Source of the DNA: Clostridiales bacterium
GTDB lineage: Bacteria; Bacillota; Clostridia; Christensenellales; DTU072
Assembly: GCA_012800525.1 (NCBI GenBank)
Contig: JAAZJD010000075.1
Span: 6,499 to 70,498, forward strand
Direction: 5' to 3'
DNA length: 64,000 nucleotides
The translations under genes and the position numbers were made by a program. The notes beneath the pieces were generated by a model. That model saw only the letters and a program-made list of their open reading frames with translations. It ran no database searches and had not been told where the DNA came from. Positions 31,406-41,864 of the stretch are shown here, piece by piece (positions within the stretch are counted from its first letter, which is position 1; each line of letters opens with the position of its first letter).

Positions 31406-31440
31406 AAAAAAAGAGGTCTCAATCAGGCCTCTTTTTCATT
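31406..31440. terminator. bidirectional intrinsic terminator between convergent rpsU and ABC transporter genes
   Basis: AAAAAA-AGAGGTC-tcaatca-GGCCTCT-TTTTCATTTT: a 7-bp stem (one G.U) flanked by an A-tract and a T-tract. Confidence 0.7.
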
Positions 31441-31466
31441 TTAAACAAATTACCATTAATATTTAT

Positions 31467-34394
31467 TTATTCAATCCTTATAGATCTAACAATATCTCGT
31501 TTAGCTGCAATTTGTGAAGGAATTATACCTGCAACAAAAGTTAATAACATGCTCAACAATAATAATATGAAGGCATGCAAAGGATTTAATATTAGTATAT
31601 TTGAGACATTAAATCTTACTTTAAGCCCTATATTTATAAATGGGATTACTATATATGGAATAACAATACCAAGTAATCCAGAAAAGAATCCTATTAATGC
31701 TGTTTCCGTATTAAATACTCTAGCAATATCTTGTTTTCTTGCTCCTAGAGCTCTCATCATACCAATTTCTCTCGTTCTCTCATAAACAGAATTCCCTGTG
31801 ATTATACCAATCATAATCGAAGATACAATTAAAGAAATTGAAGCTAATGCTAATAAAACAATTGTCATCAAATTCATTACAGTTCTTATGTTTTGTATAA
31901 ACATTTCAGACATATCAAAATGCTTAACTTGGTCCCTAGTTTCCTTGTTTTCATTATACTTTTCTAGATATTCAATAATTTTATTTTTTGTCTCAAAGTT
32001 TTTTGCATAAATTGAAATATATTTAGGATTTTTAATTGCACCAATCCTTTGTAATTCTGCAATACTTTCCAATCCATTACCAATTATGGGAACTGGACTA
32101 CCATCTTTAAATTTAATAGCAGTTGGAGACAACTCTTCATATTCGTCTCCTATGATTTGGTATCTAATTACACTAGTAAACTCAGAATATTTATATTGAC
32201 TTGGATTACCTTCGACAGGCTTAGTCGCTGGCAAAACTGCACTATCATCCTTTTGTATCGCAGTAATTTGTGCTTGAGCAACACTAGAAGTGATGGCTTG
32301 TTTATATACATATTCAGCAAGATCTGCTGTATAGCATAGATGATTACCAACAATACTACCCATAGTTGGATTATTAGGATTAGGCTTTAAAATTCCAACT
32401 ATTTTTAGTTCTAAATTGGAAGCGTTTTCAAATACATCTTTTAATTTGTTTTGTTGAATACTGTATTTAGGGTCTGATTTTTCTAGATTTTTAATCGTAG
32501 CATATAACCCTGGGGTTTCGTCATGTTCAAAATAGTAATTATTATTATTAATGAGTTTAATTGTTCCCATCTTTGAAAAAACTTCTTCAAGATTGTTGTG
32601 AAATGTTAAACTTTCAATTACATTGGGTTCATCAGGATTAGACTCGTTATATATAATTTTCCCTTCATTATCACGTTCATATACATCTAAACCGAATTCT
32701 TTAAATGCAGCTAAATTAACCTTATTTTTGTCATTTATAACAAGAACTATTTCATTTTTATTTGTAGGATATCTTCCTTCAACAACATTATAGTAACTTT
32801 CCATGTATTTTTGACTGCCTACAAGTTGATGCCAATTATTTATTTGCAACCCTTGTTCACCCATAACAGTAGTACCTATGTTAAACATCTCAGTGACAGC
32901 AGGTGTTTTGCTAACATCAATATACTCATCGTTGCCTTCATCATCTTTTGTTTTGGTAATGAGGTTAAATTGATTTCCTCTTATAATTGTTATTGAGTCA
33001 TATAGACTTTTATCCATTTTTTCAATATATGCTAAATATTCTTCACTTAAATTATTTTGGCCGAAAGAATTCATTATTCCACCAACTAAATCTAAAAGCT
33101 CTGAACCAGTTTCCTTTTTGTTTTCAATATAGATTGAACCATCATATTCAGTTTGTGTTTCGCTAGCTCCCTCTATCCCATCAAACATCTTTGTAAAATC
33201 ACTATACGCCATAGTGTACTCATATATTGAAACTGGCACTGAAGCTAAAACATTTTTTTGCATTCTTTCTAAGTATTTTTGATACCCCCATGATAAAGCA
33301 AGCACTAAAGCTAAACTAATGATTCCAATACTACCTGCAAATGTGGTTAATATAGTACGCCTTCTTTTTGAATTTAAGTTTTTTAAACTCAGTGCAATGG
33401 CAGTTTTATATTGCATTGATGTTGCCTTAAATGGCACAACAACTGTTTTTTTAGCTTTTTTCTTTTTTTGAAAATTTTGCAAAAATTTGGGTTTTGATTT
33501 TAAACTTTTGGTAATTAACGCATTGTTTTCTACAATTAAAGCATTAATTTTAAGATTTAGCTCATTGCACAATTCACTTGTTTCAACTTTAATGCCTTGC
33601 TTGTCATCTACTCTGTCTATTTCCTTTAACAACATCTTAAATAACTGATTTTTCTCTGAGGGCAATACATTTAATTTTTCAATTTCAATTACATCATTTG
33701 ATATAGCATCTAACTCACTAAACTCATTTGAATCATCAACAATTTGTCCATCTAACATTCTAATAATCCGAGTACTATATGTTTTTGCTAAAGTTTCATT
33801 ATGAGTAACCATAATTACAAGAGTATCTTTTGATACTTCTTTTAAAATTTCCATAACTTGTATGCTAAGCTCTGAATCTAATGCCCCCGTTGGTTCATCA
33901 GCTAAGATGACATCTGGTTTATTAATTAATGCTCTTGCTATTGCAACTCTTTGCATTTGACCGCCAGATAATTGAGATGGTAGCTTGTTATACTGATCTG
34001 ATAGTCCAACTTTATCTAGAACATCCTTTGAACGCTTTATTCTTTCAGATTTATTTATTCCAGTCAAACTCAATGTTAAAGCAACATTGTCTAATATACT
34101 TAAATGAGGTATTAAGTTATAGCTTTGGAAAACAAAACCAACACTATTATTTCTATAAGCATCCCAGTGTTTATCGGAAAAATGTTTTGTAGAGATACCA
34201 CTAATTGTTACATTACCTGAAGTATATCTATCTAAGCCACCAATTATATTTAATAATGTTGTTTTACCACATCCCGAAGGACCCAAAATTGAAACAAATT
34301 CATTTTTTCTAAAACATAAACTAATATCTCTAAGTGCTTCAACTCTATATTCATCACTTTCATAAGTTTTTACAAGGTTTTTAACTCTTAACAT
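31467..34394 (-). CDS. fused ABC transporter ATP-binding / FtsX-family permease (MacB-like) with a very large extracytoplasmic domain
   Basis: 975 aa. Walker A GPSGCGKTT, signature LSGGQMQRVAIARAL and Walker B ILADEPT. TM1 lies near ILTTFAGSIGIISLALVLAL and is followed by about 475 hydrophilic residues. The C-terminal FtsX module follows (MRALGARKQDIARVF plus 3 TM). Confidence 0.85.
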   Translation of the reverse strand: MLRVKNLVKTYESDEYRVEALRDISLCFRKNEFVSILGPSGCGKTTLLNIIGGLDRYTSGNVTISGISTKHFSDKHWDAYRNNSVGFVFQSYNLIPHLSILDNVALTLSLTGINKSERIKRSKDVLDKVGLSDQYNKLPSQLSGGQMQRVAIARALINKPDVILADEPTGALDSELSIQVMEILKEVSKDTLVIMVTHNETLAKTYSTRIIRMLDGQIVDDSNEFSELDAISNDVIEIEKLNVLPSEKNQLFKMLLKEIDRVDDKQGIKVETSELCNELNLKINALIVENNALITKSLKSKPKFLQNFQKKKKAKKTVVVPFKATSMQYKTAIALSLKNLNSKRRRTILTTFAGSIGIISLALVLALSWGYQKYLERMQKNVLASVPVSIYEYTMAYSDFTKMFDGIEGASETQTEYDGSIYIENKKETGSELLDLVGGIMNSFGQNNLSEEYLAYIEKMDKSLYDSITIIRGNQFNLITKTKDDEGNDEYIDVSKTPAVTEMFNIGTTVMGEQGLQINNWHQLVGSQKYMESYYNVVEGRYPTNKNEIVLVINDKNKVNLAAFKEFGLDVYERDNEGKIIYNESNPDEPNVIESLTFHNNLEEVFSKMGTIKLINNNNYYFEHDETPGLYATIKNLEKSDPKYSIQQNKLKDVFENASNLELKIVGILKPNPNNPTMGSIVGNHLCYTADLAEYVYKQAITSSVAQAQITAIQKDDSAVLPATKPVEGNPSQYKYSEFTSVIRYQIIGDEYEELSPTAIKFKDGSPVPIIGNGLESIAELQRIGAIKNPKYISIYAKNFETKNKIIEYLEKYNENKETRDQVKHFDMSEMFIQNIRTVMNLMTIVLLALASISLIVSSIMIGIITGNSVYERTREIGMMRALGARKQDIARVFNTETALIGFFSGLLGIVIPYIVIPFINIGLKVRFNVSNILILNPLHAFILLLLSMLLTFVAGIIPSQIAAKRDIVRSIRIE

Positions 34395-34421
34395 GTATTC
34401 ACCTTCCCTCTTTATGTTGAA

Positions 34422-34450
34422 ATGATATGATATATGTCCTTGAATGTCAA
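34422..34450 (-). promoter_or_regulatory. sigma-A type promoter for the ABC transporter gene
   Basis: The minus strand reads TTGACA-17 nt-TATCAT, followed by the RBS AGAGGGAAGG and ATG 34394. Confidence 0.5.
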
Positions 34451-34517
34451 TTTAAAACATGCAGACAACCTGATAAAATAATAAAAACATACTTGAAAAT
34501 TAACAACAATTTTAAGC

Positions 34518-34880
34518 TTAATTAAAGTGTGGTGACAATTGTTCCCCCCCTAAAATATGAAGATGAAGATGAAAAATAGATTGGCAACCATGTTCACCTT
34601 TATTCATTACAATTCTAAATCCTTTTTCAAGTTCTAACAAACTATCAGCTATAGCTCCGATTTTTTTGAGCATTTTACCAATAGTTTTTGCATTGTCCTC
34701 GCTCATAGAAACAACATCAGAAAAATGTAATTTAGGTATTGCCAAAAAATGTTTTTTTGCTATTGGATTAATATCTTTAATGATAATCATGTCATCATCT
34801 TCATAAATATAATTTGAAGGAATTTCTTTATTCACAATTTTACAAAATATACAATTATTCACTTGTCTACCTCTTGTCAT
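34518..34880 (-). CDS. HIT family (histidine triad) nucleotide hydrolase
   Basis: 120 aa. CIFCKIV N-terminus and the HLHLHILGG triad. Confidence 0.9.
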   Translation of the reverse strand: MTRGRQVNNCIFCKIVNKEIPSNYIYEDDDMIIIKDINPIAKKHFLAIPKLHFSDVVSMSEDNAKTIGKMLKKIGAIADSLLELEKGFRIVMNKGEHGCQSIFHLHLHILGGEQLSPHFN

Positions 34881-34927
34881 TAATTTTTAGTTTATTTAAT
34901 CATTATACACCAATTTAATGCCTAATG

Positions 34928-36172
34928 TTAGCATACCTCACCAATCAAGCCATCTTTATATATTTTATGACAAATAACATTGGCTTTTTCTTGATTAGTA
35001 TTTGAATAAATTTTCAAATAATTCCTACTATATCCCACTTTTAGATTATCTTCATTTTTTTCAAAAATTACTTCTTGAGTCGAACCAATATTAGCAATTA
35101 AGAAATCTACAATCAATTGGCTTTTAATTTCCTTCATTATTTGCATTCTTTTATTGACAATCTCTTTTGGCAATGATGTTAACAATGCTGCTTTAGTTCC
35201 CTTTTTGGGAGAAAACTTAAATATGTGGATATCGGAAAACTTAATTTCTTTAACAAAATTAATAGTTTCTATAAAATTTTCTTTAGATTCTGTAGGATAG
35301 CCCACAATAATGTCAGTTGTTAATCCAGCATTAGGAAAATATTTTTTAATTAAATTTACTGCATTTTTATAATCTGAGGTTAAATATTTTCTATTCATAT
35401 CTTTTAAAATAGAGTCTGAGCCACTTTGCAAAGATAGATGAAAATGAGGACAAAAATTATCAAATTTTTGAAGTTTTGAAAGCAATTCATCATTTATCAT
35501 TTCAACATATATAGACCCAAAACGAAATCTAGCTTTCAATTTTGAAAGCTCATCGACTAAATCATGAATTGATTCATTAGAATCTTTACCAAATGCAGCG
35601 ATATTTATACCAGTGATTACAATTTCAGAAAAAAAATTTTCAAAATATTTTGCTTCTTCGATTATATTCTTAATTAATCTTGATCTAGATTTTCCTCTAA
35701 CATATGGAATCACACAATATGAGCAATAGTTATCACAACCATCTTGAATTTTTAATAGAGCTCTAGTTTTTTCAAAAATAAATGGTTTAGGTAACTCCTC
35801 ATATATTATTGGTTCATTTTCTATTGCAACTCCTGTTTCCTCTAACTGATCTAATAAATTAATTTTCCCGTAACTTCCTTTAATATAATCGACATCCTTA
35901 TTTATAAAATTTTTTAAATCAGCTTGAGGAGCACATCCGATTACAATAATTTTGGCATTTTTATTCATGCTTCTTGCCCTTTGAATGGCTTGACGAGATT
36001 TTCTCTCAGCTTCATTTGTCACGGCACAAGTGTTAATAACATATATGTCTGCTTTTGTGAGATGAGAATACACATCATAACCTTTTTCAAAAAAAGCTGT
36101 AGCTAAACAACTCGATTCATATTGATTTGTTTTACATCCTAAGCTAAAAATACAAACTTTTGTGTCATTCAT
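34928..36172 (-). CDS. mtaB: tRNA (N6-threonylcarbamoyladenosine-37) methylthiotransferase MtaB
   Basis: 414 aa. UPF0004 N-domain (SLGCKTNQYES), radical SAM motif CDNYCSYC and a TRAM-like C-terminus. Its position after prmA equals B. subtilis yqeV. Confidence 0.8.
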   Translation of the reverse strand: MNDTKVCIFSLGCKTNQYESSCLATAFFEKGYDVYSHLTKADIYVINTCAVTNEAERKSRQAIQRARSMNKNAKIIVIGCAPQADLKNFINKDVDYIKGSYGKINLLDQLEETGVAIENEPIIYEELPKPFIFEKTRALLKIQDGCDNYCSYCVIPYVRGKSRSRLIKNIIEEAKYFENFFSEIVITGINIAAFGKDSNESIHDLVDELSKLKARFRFGSIYVEMINDELLSKLQKFDNFCPHFHLSLQSGSDSILKDMNRKYLTSDYKNAVNLIKKYFPNAGLTTDIIVGYPTESKENFIETINFVKEIKFSDIHIFKFSPKKGTKAALLTSLPKEIVNKRMQIMKEIKSQLIVDFLIANIGSTQEVIFEKNEDNLKVGYSRNYLKIYSNTNQEKANVICHKIYKDGLIGEVC

Positions 36173-36178
36173 AAAACA

Positions 36179-37099
36179 TTATTTGGTATATTCTAAGAGA
36201 AAACCCACCCATTCTCCTATATTTTTTTCTGCAACTAAGTTAAATCCGAACTTTAAATAATTTTCAATTACTTCTTTTTTTCTATTTAATAAAATTCCCG
36301 ATAAAATAATTTTTGATTTATCTTTGGAAACTTTTTTTAAGTTTTTTAATAATTCTAAATTTAAATCAGCAGTCATATTTGATATTATTAGATCAAATTT
36401 ATCAATAACATTGCTTAAAAAAGAACTTTGATAAATTTTACATTGTGCCAAAACATCGTTTAACAACACATTTTCTTTTGTGTTTTGTAATGCATTGAAA
36501 TCAACATCTATAAGATGGACTTCTTTTGCTCCAATTTTTGATGATGCAATTCCTAAAATACCACTCCCAGTACCCACATCTAGAACTTTAGAAACAAATG
36601 AAATTTGTGACAATAAATAAAGTGCTATTTTTGTGCTTTCATGTTCTCCAGTGCCAAAAGCGATAGAAGGATTAATATATACTGGAAGTTTTGAATACTT
36701 AAATGTATCTTTCTCCCATACTGGAATTATCTGAAATTTACCAATATCTATAACTTTATAAAACTCTTTCCATTTATTAAACCAATCAAATTCTTTGTAT
36801 TCATTAATATATATGACATAATCTTGTTTTTTAACATTTAAACTTTGTAATGTTTTTGTTAATTCTTTAAGTTTTTCATCAACAATGTTTGCTTCTAAAA
36901 ATAGATTTACATAGGGAAAATTTCCATATTTAGATAATGCATCATCATCAATATAATCCCAATTAGCTTTAGAATGCGTTATATCTGCAAAATCTTTTTG
37001 ATCAATTATAGAATATGAAAAAATATTCACTAAAAATAAAGCATCATACAAAACTTCTATATTCTTACCTTTATATTCAATTGTTATTTCTGAAAGCAT
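36179..37099 (-). CDS. prmA: ribosomal protein L11 methyltransferase
   Basis: 306 aa. FGTGEHESTK and the SAM motif DVGTGSGILGIA. Lies downstream of dnaJ. Confidence 0.85.
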   Translation of the reverse strand: MLSEITIEYKGKNIEVLYDALFLVNIFSYSIIDQKDFADITHSKANWDYIDDDALSKYGNFPYVNLFLEANIVDEKLKELTKTLQSLNVKKQDYVIYINEYKEFDWFNKWKEFYKVIDIGKFQIIPVWEKDTFKYSKLPVYINPSIAFGTGEHESTKIALYLLSQISFVSKVLDVGTGSGILGIASSKIGAKEVHLIDVDFNALQNTKENVLLNDVLAQCKIYQSSFLSNVIDKFDLIISNMTADLNLELLKNLKKVSKDKSKIILSGILLNRKKEVIENYLKFGFNLVAEKNIGEWVGFLLEYTK

Positions 37100-37112
37100 G
37101 CCAATATATTAT

Positions 37113-38261
37113 TTATTTTTGAGATATTGAATTTTCAATACTTTTATATTTTTCTACGTTATCATATTTTGCAGAATCAAGCACTTCAAGAGCATCCTTC
37201 AAGGCTTTTTTTTGCTTATTATTTAAGTTTTTGGGAATATCAACTTTTAAATTTATATATAAATCACCATATGTATTTCTTCGTAGATCTTTGATACCAT
37301 AACCTTTAACCTTCAGTCTTACCCCATCCTGTGTACCTGCTGGTACATTAATTTTAACACGTTTAGTTAAAGTAGGGATTTCAACTGTACCACCCAGTAT
37401 TGCCAAAGAAACTTTTATAGGTAAATCCATAAATAAATTAATACCTTCACGTCTAAATAATTTATGGACACTAACCTTAAATATTAATATTAAATTGCCA
37501 TTTTCTCCACCATTAATTCCAGCATTACCCTCACCTCTTACTGTGAGCATTTGATTATTATCAACGCCAGCTGGGATATTAACATTTATACTCCTTTGTT
37601 TCTTAATTCTTCCTCGACCTGAACATACGCCACATTGTTCTGTAATTATTTTACCAGTTCCATTGCACATATCACAAATTTTTTCAGTTCTCATCACACC
37701 AAGCATTGTCCTTTGATCAACAGTAATCCTTCCCTTTCCTGCACACTTAGTACACGTCTTAAAGGCTGTCCCATTTTTAGCACCAGTCCCCTTACAAGAT
37801 GCGCAATTTTCTATTCTTGAAAACTTTATTTCTTTTGATATGCCAAATGCAGCTTCTTCGAAAGAAAGATTTATTATAAACTCTATATCTTCTCCCATTC
37901 TTGGTGCATTAGGGCTATTTTGATGCCCCCCGCCAAAAGATGAAAAAATATCTCCAAATATATCAGCAAAACCACCAAAGCCTCCAAATCCACCACTAAA
38001 TCCTTGATTCGGGTCAAATTGTGGACCATCTTCTGATCCAAACTGATCATACTTAGCCTTTTTATCTGCATCAGACAAAACACTATAAGCATGTTGAATT
38101 TCTTGAAATTTTTCTTTTGCTTGCTCTTTCTTTTCTTCAGTATCATTTGCATAAACATCGGGATGCCACTTTTTTGCTAAATTTCTATAAGCTGATTTTA
38201 TTTCATCTTGAGTAGCATTTTTATTCACGCCTAAAATTTTATAATAATCTTTTTGTCCCAT
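37113..38261 (-). CDS. dnaJ: molecular chaperone DnaJ
   Basis: The track ORF begins at TTG 38300, inside a hairpin. ATG 38261 gives MGQKDYYKILGV. J-domain HPD (KWHPDV), a G/F-rich linker and four CxxCxGxG zinc motifs. Confidence 0.95.
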   Translation of the reverse strand: MGQKDYYKILGVNKNATQDEIKSAYRNLAKKWHPDVYANDTEEKKEQAKEKFQEIQHAYSVLSDADKKAKYDQFGSEDGPQFDPNQGFSGGFGGFGGFADIFGDIFSSFGGGHQNSPNAPRMGEDIEFIINLSFEEAAFGISKEIKFSRIENCASCKGTGAKNGTAFKTCTKCAGKGRITVDQRTMLGVMRTEKICDMCNGTGKIITEQCGVCSGRGRIKKQRSINVNIPAGVDNNQMLTVRGEGNAGINGGENGNLILIFKVSVHKLFRREGINLFMDLPIKVSLAILGGTVEIPTLTKRVKINVPAGTQDGVRLKVKGYGIKDLRRNTYGDLYINLKVDIPKNLNNKQKKALKDALEVLDSAKYDNVEKYKSIENSISQK

Positions 38262-38288
38262 AATTCTTTTTTTAAATTCCTTAATAGC

Positions 38289-38320
38289 GGATGTAGCCAA
38301 ATATTAATTTGACTACATCC
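38289..38320 (-). promoter_or_regulatory. dnaK-dnaJ intercistronic stem-loop
   Basis: The minus-strand RNA reads GGAUGUAGUC-12 nt loop-GGCUACAUCC (10 bp including one G.U) with no U-tract. It lies in the 86-nt dnaK-dnaJ spacer. Confidence 0.5.
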
Positions 38321-38347
38321 TTAATATTTTAATTGTAATTTTTTGAT

Positions 38348-40162
38348 TTATTGAATATCTTCTGGATCAACATTGATTGTTGTACCATCATCAAACTTTG
38401 TTCCTGTAGCCGAATCGCCTTCATTTGATTGAGCATCTTGATATAGTTTTGTAAAAATTGGATTAGACACCTCTGATAATTTTTCAGTAATTTTCTGAAC
38501 ATCTTCAACAGTTTCTGCTTTAGCAAGCTCTTCTTTAGCCGATTTTGATGCATCTTTTAAAGTGTTTTTATCTTCTTCTGTGAGTTTATCACCACTTTCA
38601 ACCAAAGATTTGTCTATTGCTAATATTAATTGTTCACAACCATTTTTCATGTCGATTAATTCTTTCTTCTTTTTATCTTCTTCAGCAAACTGTTCAGCGT
38701 CTTTTATAGCTTTATCAATATCACTTTCAGACAAATTGCTTGAAGCTGTTATCACTATATTTGCCTTTTTATTAGTTCCTTTATCAAGTGCTGTGACAGA
38801 AACTATTCCATTTTCATCAATTTCAAATGTAACTTCTATTTGTGGAACACCTCTCATTGCTGGCGGAATCCCCGTTAATTCAAATCTGCCTAAAGTCTTA
38901 TTATCAGCAGCCATTGCTCTTTCACCTTGTAAAACATGTATATCAACAGCTGGTTGATTATCAGCAGCAGTAGAAAATATTTGAGATTTTTTCGTTGGAA
39001 TTGTCGTATTTCTTTCAATCAGTTTTGTAAATACACCACCTAATGTTTCAATCCCTAATGATAATGGAGTAACATCTAATAGAAGAATATCTTTAACATC
39101 ACCAGCTAATACTCCACCTTGAATTGCAGCACCTAGAGCGACACATTCATCTGGGTTAATTCCTTTATATGGCTCTTTACCCATTAATGATTCAATTGCA
39201 TCTACTACAGCGGGAATTCTAGTAGAACCTCCAACTAACAATACTCTATTAATATCGCTTGTCTTTAACTTAGCATCTTGAATTGCTTGACGTACAGGTG
39301 TTAGCGTTGCTTTAATTAAATCTGCTGTCATATCATTAAACTTTGCTCTTGTTATGTCCTTGTCAAAATGCAAAGGTCCATTTGCACCAGCTGTAATAAA
39401 TGGCAAATTAATGTTAGCTTTCATAACACTTGATAATTCTATTTTTGCCTTTTCTGCAGCTTCTCTAATTCTTTGCATGGCCATTTTATCTTTTGATAAA
39501 TCGATTCCATTATCGTTTTTGAATTCTTGTACAACCCAGTCCATTATTTTTTTATCAAAATCATCTCCACCAAGTTTTGTATTTCCATTAGTTGAAAGAA
39601 CCTCTATTACTCCGTCACCTATATCTAATATTGAGACATCAAATGTTCCACCACCTAAATCATATACTAAGATTTTTTGAGAATCTTTATCCATACCATA
39701 TGCAAAAGCAGCGGCTGTTGGTTCATTTATAATTCTAAGTACTTCTAATCCAGCAATTGTTCCAGCATCTTTAGTTGCCTGTCTTTGACTATCTGAAAAA
39801 TATGCTGGAACTGTAATGACAGCTTGAGTTACTTTTGAACCTAGATATGCTTCAGCATCAGTTTTTAATTTTTGTAAAATCATCGCAGAGATTTCAGGAG
39901 CCGTATATGTTTTATTATCAATCTTTACTTTGTGATTGCTCCCCATCTCTCGTTTAATAGACATAATAGTATGTTCTGGATTTACTATTGCTTGTCTTTT
40001 TGCAACTTGTCCTACTAAACGCTCCCCATCTTTTGTAAATGCAACAACTGATGGTGTTGTTCTTGAACCTTCTGCATTTGGTATTACAACAGGCTCTCCG
40101 CCTTCCATTACTGCTACACATGAATTTGTAGTTCCTAAATCAATTCCTATAATTTTTGACAT
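38348..40162 (-). CDS. dnaK: molecular chaperone DnaK (Hsp70)
   Basis: 604 aa. [24 protein letters not shown] and [13 protein letters not shown] are canonical Hsp70 signatures. Confidence 0.98.
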   Translation of the reverse strand: MSKIIGIDLGTTNSCVAVMEGGEPVVIPNAEGSRTTPSVVAFTKDGERLVGQVAKRQAIVNPEHTIMSIKREMGSNHKVKIDNKTYTAPEISAMILQKLKTDAEAYLGSKVTQAVITVPAYFSDSQRQATKDAGTIAGLEVLRIINEPTAAAFAYGMDKDSQKILVYDLGGGTFDVSILDIGDGVIEVLSTNGNTKLGGDDFDKKIMDWVVQEFKNDNGIDLSKDKMAMQRIREAAEKAKIELSSVMKANINLPFITAGANGPLHFDKDITRAKFNDMTADLIKATLTPVRQAIQDAKLKTSDINRVLLVGGSTRIPAVVDAIESLMGKEPYKGINPDECVALGAAIQGGVLAGDVKDILLLDVTPLSLGIETLGGVFTKLIERNTTIPTKKSQIFSTAADNQPAVDIHVLQGERAMAADNKTLGRFELTGIPPAMRGVPQIEVTFEIDENGIVSVTALDKGTNKKANIVITASSNLSESDIDKAIKDAEQFAEEDKKKKELIDMKNGCEQLILAIDKSLVESGDKLTEEDKNTLKDASKSAKEELAKAETVEDVQKITEKLSEVSNPIFTKLYQDAQSNEGDSATGTKFDDGTTINVDPEDIQ

Positions 40163-40223
40163 AATATTTATCTCCTTTTTCGTTATTTTAATCTTTTAAT
40201 CTATAATATTGACTAACTTATAT

Positions 40224-40751
40224 TTATACTCCCACTTTAACCATAGAATATCTAATGACTTTCCCATTACGAATATATCCTTTTTGTAATACATCAATAA
40301 TTTTATTTTTATCTTCACATTCTTCTTGCATAACCGCATTGTGATAATTAGGATCAAAATCTTTTCCTATACAAATAATTTCTTTAACTTTGTATTTTTC
40401 TAAAGTATTAAGTAGTTGTTTTTTTATTAAATTAATACCATTTTTAATGTTTTCATCACTATCAGCAATCATTGCTAACGCAACATCAATCGTATCTATA
40501 GTTTGTATAATAGAAAACAGTACTCCCGTTTCCCCATCTTCCTTAGCTTGTTCAACTACTTTCAAGTTTCTTTTTTTATAATTTTCAAATTCAGCCTGAA
40601 CTCTTTGAGCAGTTTGCTTATATTCATCTGCAGTTTTTTGAGCCATTTCAAGTAACTCCCCTACACTATAATCAATAGATGGTTCAATATCACACAAATC
40701 ATTTTTTTCAACATTATTTTCTATAGTTTTTTTAGATTTTTTTTCTGTCAT
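40224..40751 (-). CDS. grpE: nucleotide exchange factor GrpE
   Basis: 175 aa. The QAEFENYKKR motif and C-terminal GYIRNGKVIRYSMVKV. Confidence 0.9.
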   Translation of the reverse strand: MTEKKSKKTIENNVEKNDLCDIEPSIDYSVGELLEMAQKTADEYKQTAQRVQAEFENYKKRNLKVVEQAKEDGETGVLFSIIQTIDTIDVALAMIADSDENIKNGINLIKKQLLNTLEKYKVKEIICIGKDFDPNYHNAVMQEECEDKNKIIDVLQKGYIRNGKVIRYSMVKVGV

Positions 40752-40773
40752 TTACTTTCTCCTTTGGTAACAT

Positions 40774-41787
40774 CTATTCAATTTCATCTAAAGTATCACC
40801 TATATATGCTAACACTGACATTACTCTAGCATAATCCATTCTTTTAGGACCAATGACTCCAGCTTTACCAACCACTTCGCCGTCAACTAAAAGTTTTGCA
40901 ACTATTACTGCACAATTATCAACAAGACCAGTTTCATCTTTCCCTATCTTAACAGAAAACTCAATGTCATTGACATCTCCAACACCTATAACATCTATCA
41001 AATTGCTTTTTTTATTTATAATGTTTATTAGATGTCTTGCTGTTTCTAGCGTAGCATCAGGATAATCTAGAATTTTTGATTCGCCCTCAACAAATATTGC
41101 ATCTTCCGGGTGAGCTTTATAATTTGCTATCATATCTATTACCATTTGAATTAATTCGGCAAACTGTTTAAGCTCTTTATCTATTAAAAGCGGCGTGTTG
41201 TCTAAATCCTTCAATTTTAAGTTTTTAAAAATCCTATTTAGAATTAACGTAGCATCTTTTAAATACCCTTCTTCAACTGGACGCTCTAATTTGACTATAT
41301 TATCTTTTAAAACACCATTATCAGTAATTATAATTACTAAAATTGAATCTTCAATTGCAACAAGTTTAATTTCTCTTATTAGAATTTCATCATAATTTTT
41401 TATAACAATAACTGAAGTGTAATTTGTAATGTCAGAAATAATTTTGGCAGTTGCTCGTACTATATCTTCAATTTTATTAAATCCAGATTTAAACACATCT
41501 TGAATTAACTGTCTATCTTTATAATTTAATGGTTTTTTATCTACAAAATTTTCTACATAAAACTTATAAGCTAACGCCGTTGGAACTCTACCAGAAGAGG
41601 TATGTGGCTGTACAAGATATCCTAAATCTTCGAGAGATGACATCTCTGAACGAATAGTAGCAGAGCATAAGTTAGTAAAGTATTTTCTTTGAATCTCACC
41701 TGAAGATACGGGTGTAGGATTTTTTAAATACTCCTCCACAATAACTTTAATTGCTTTAATTTTACGATCAGATAATTTTTTTTTCAT
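40774..41787 (-). CDS. hrcA: heat-inducible transcription repressor HrcA
   Basis: The track ORF starts at TTG 41817. ATG 41787 gives MKKKLSDRKIKAIKVIVEEYLKNPTPVSSGEI, a typical HrcA wHTH N-terminus. It is preceded by CIRCE. Confidence 0.9.
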   Translation of the reverse strand: MKKKLSDRKIKAIKVIVEEYLKNPTPVSSGEIQRKYFTNLCSATIRSEMSSLEDLGYLVQPHTSSGRVPTALAYKFYVENFVDKKPLNYKDRQLIQDVFKSGFNKIEDIVRATAKIISDITNYTSVIVIKNYDEILIREIKLVAIEDSILVIIITDNGVLKDNIVKLERPVEEGYLKDATLILNRIFKNLKLKDLDNTPLLIDKELKQFAELIQMVIDMIANYKAHPEDAIFVEGESKILDYPDATLETARHLINIINKKSNLIDVIGVGDVNDIEFSVKIGKDETGLVDNCAVIVAKLLVDGEVVGKAGVIGPKRMDYARVMSVLAYIGDTLDEIE

Positions 41788-41833
41788 AAACTTTGTCTCA
41801 ACAATTATTTTTAGCAAACATCACTGATGATTG

Positions 41834-41860
41834 TTAGCAGTCCGAATGCTTGAGTGCTAA
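41834..41860. promoter_or_regulatory. CIRCE operator (HrcA binding site)
   Basis: TTAGCAGTC-CGAATGCTT-GAGTGCTAA compared with the consensus TTAGCACTC-N9-GAGTGCTAA (1 mismatch). It lies 4 nt downstream of the -10 box. Confidence 0.9.
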
Positions 41861-41864
41861 TTTT

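Noticed and set aside
37883-38553. Same-strand alternative-frame ORFs 37883-38158 (inside dnaJ) and 38329-38553 (overlapping the dnaK 3' end).
   Set aside because: They are out of frame within canonical DnaJ/DnaK coding sequence. Their Lys/Gln-rich low-complexity products are almost certainly frame artefacts.
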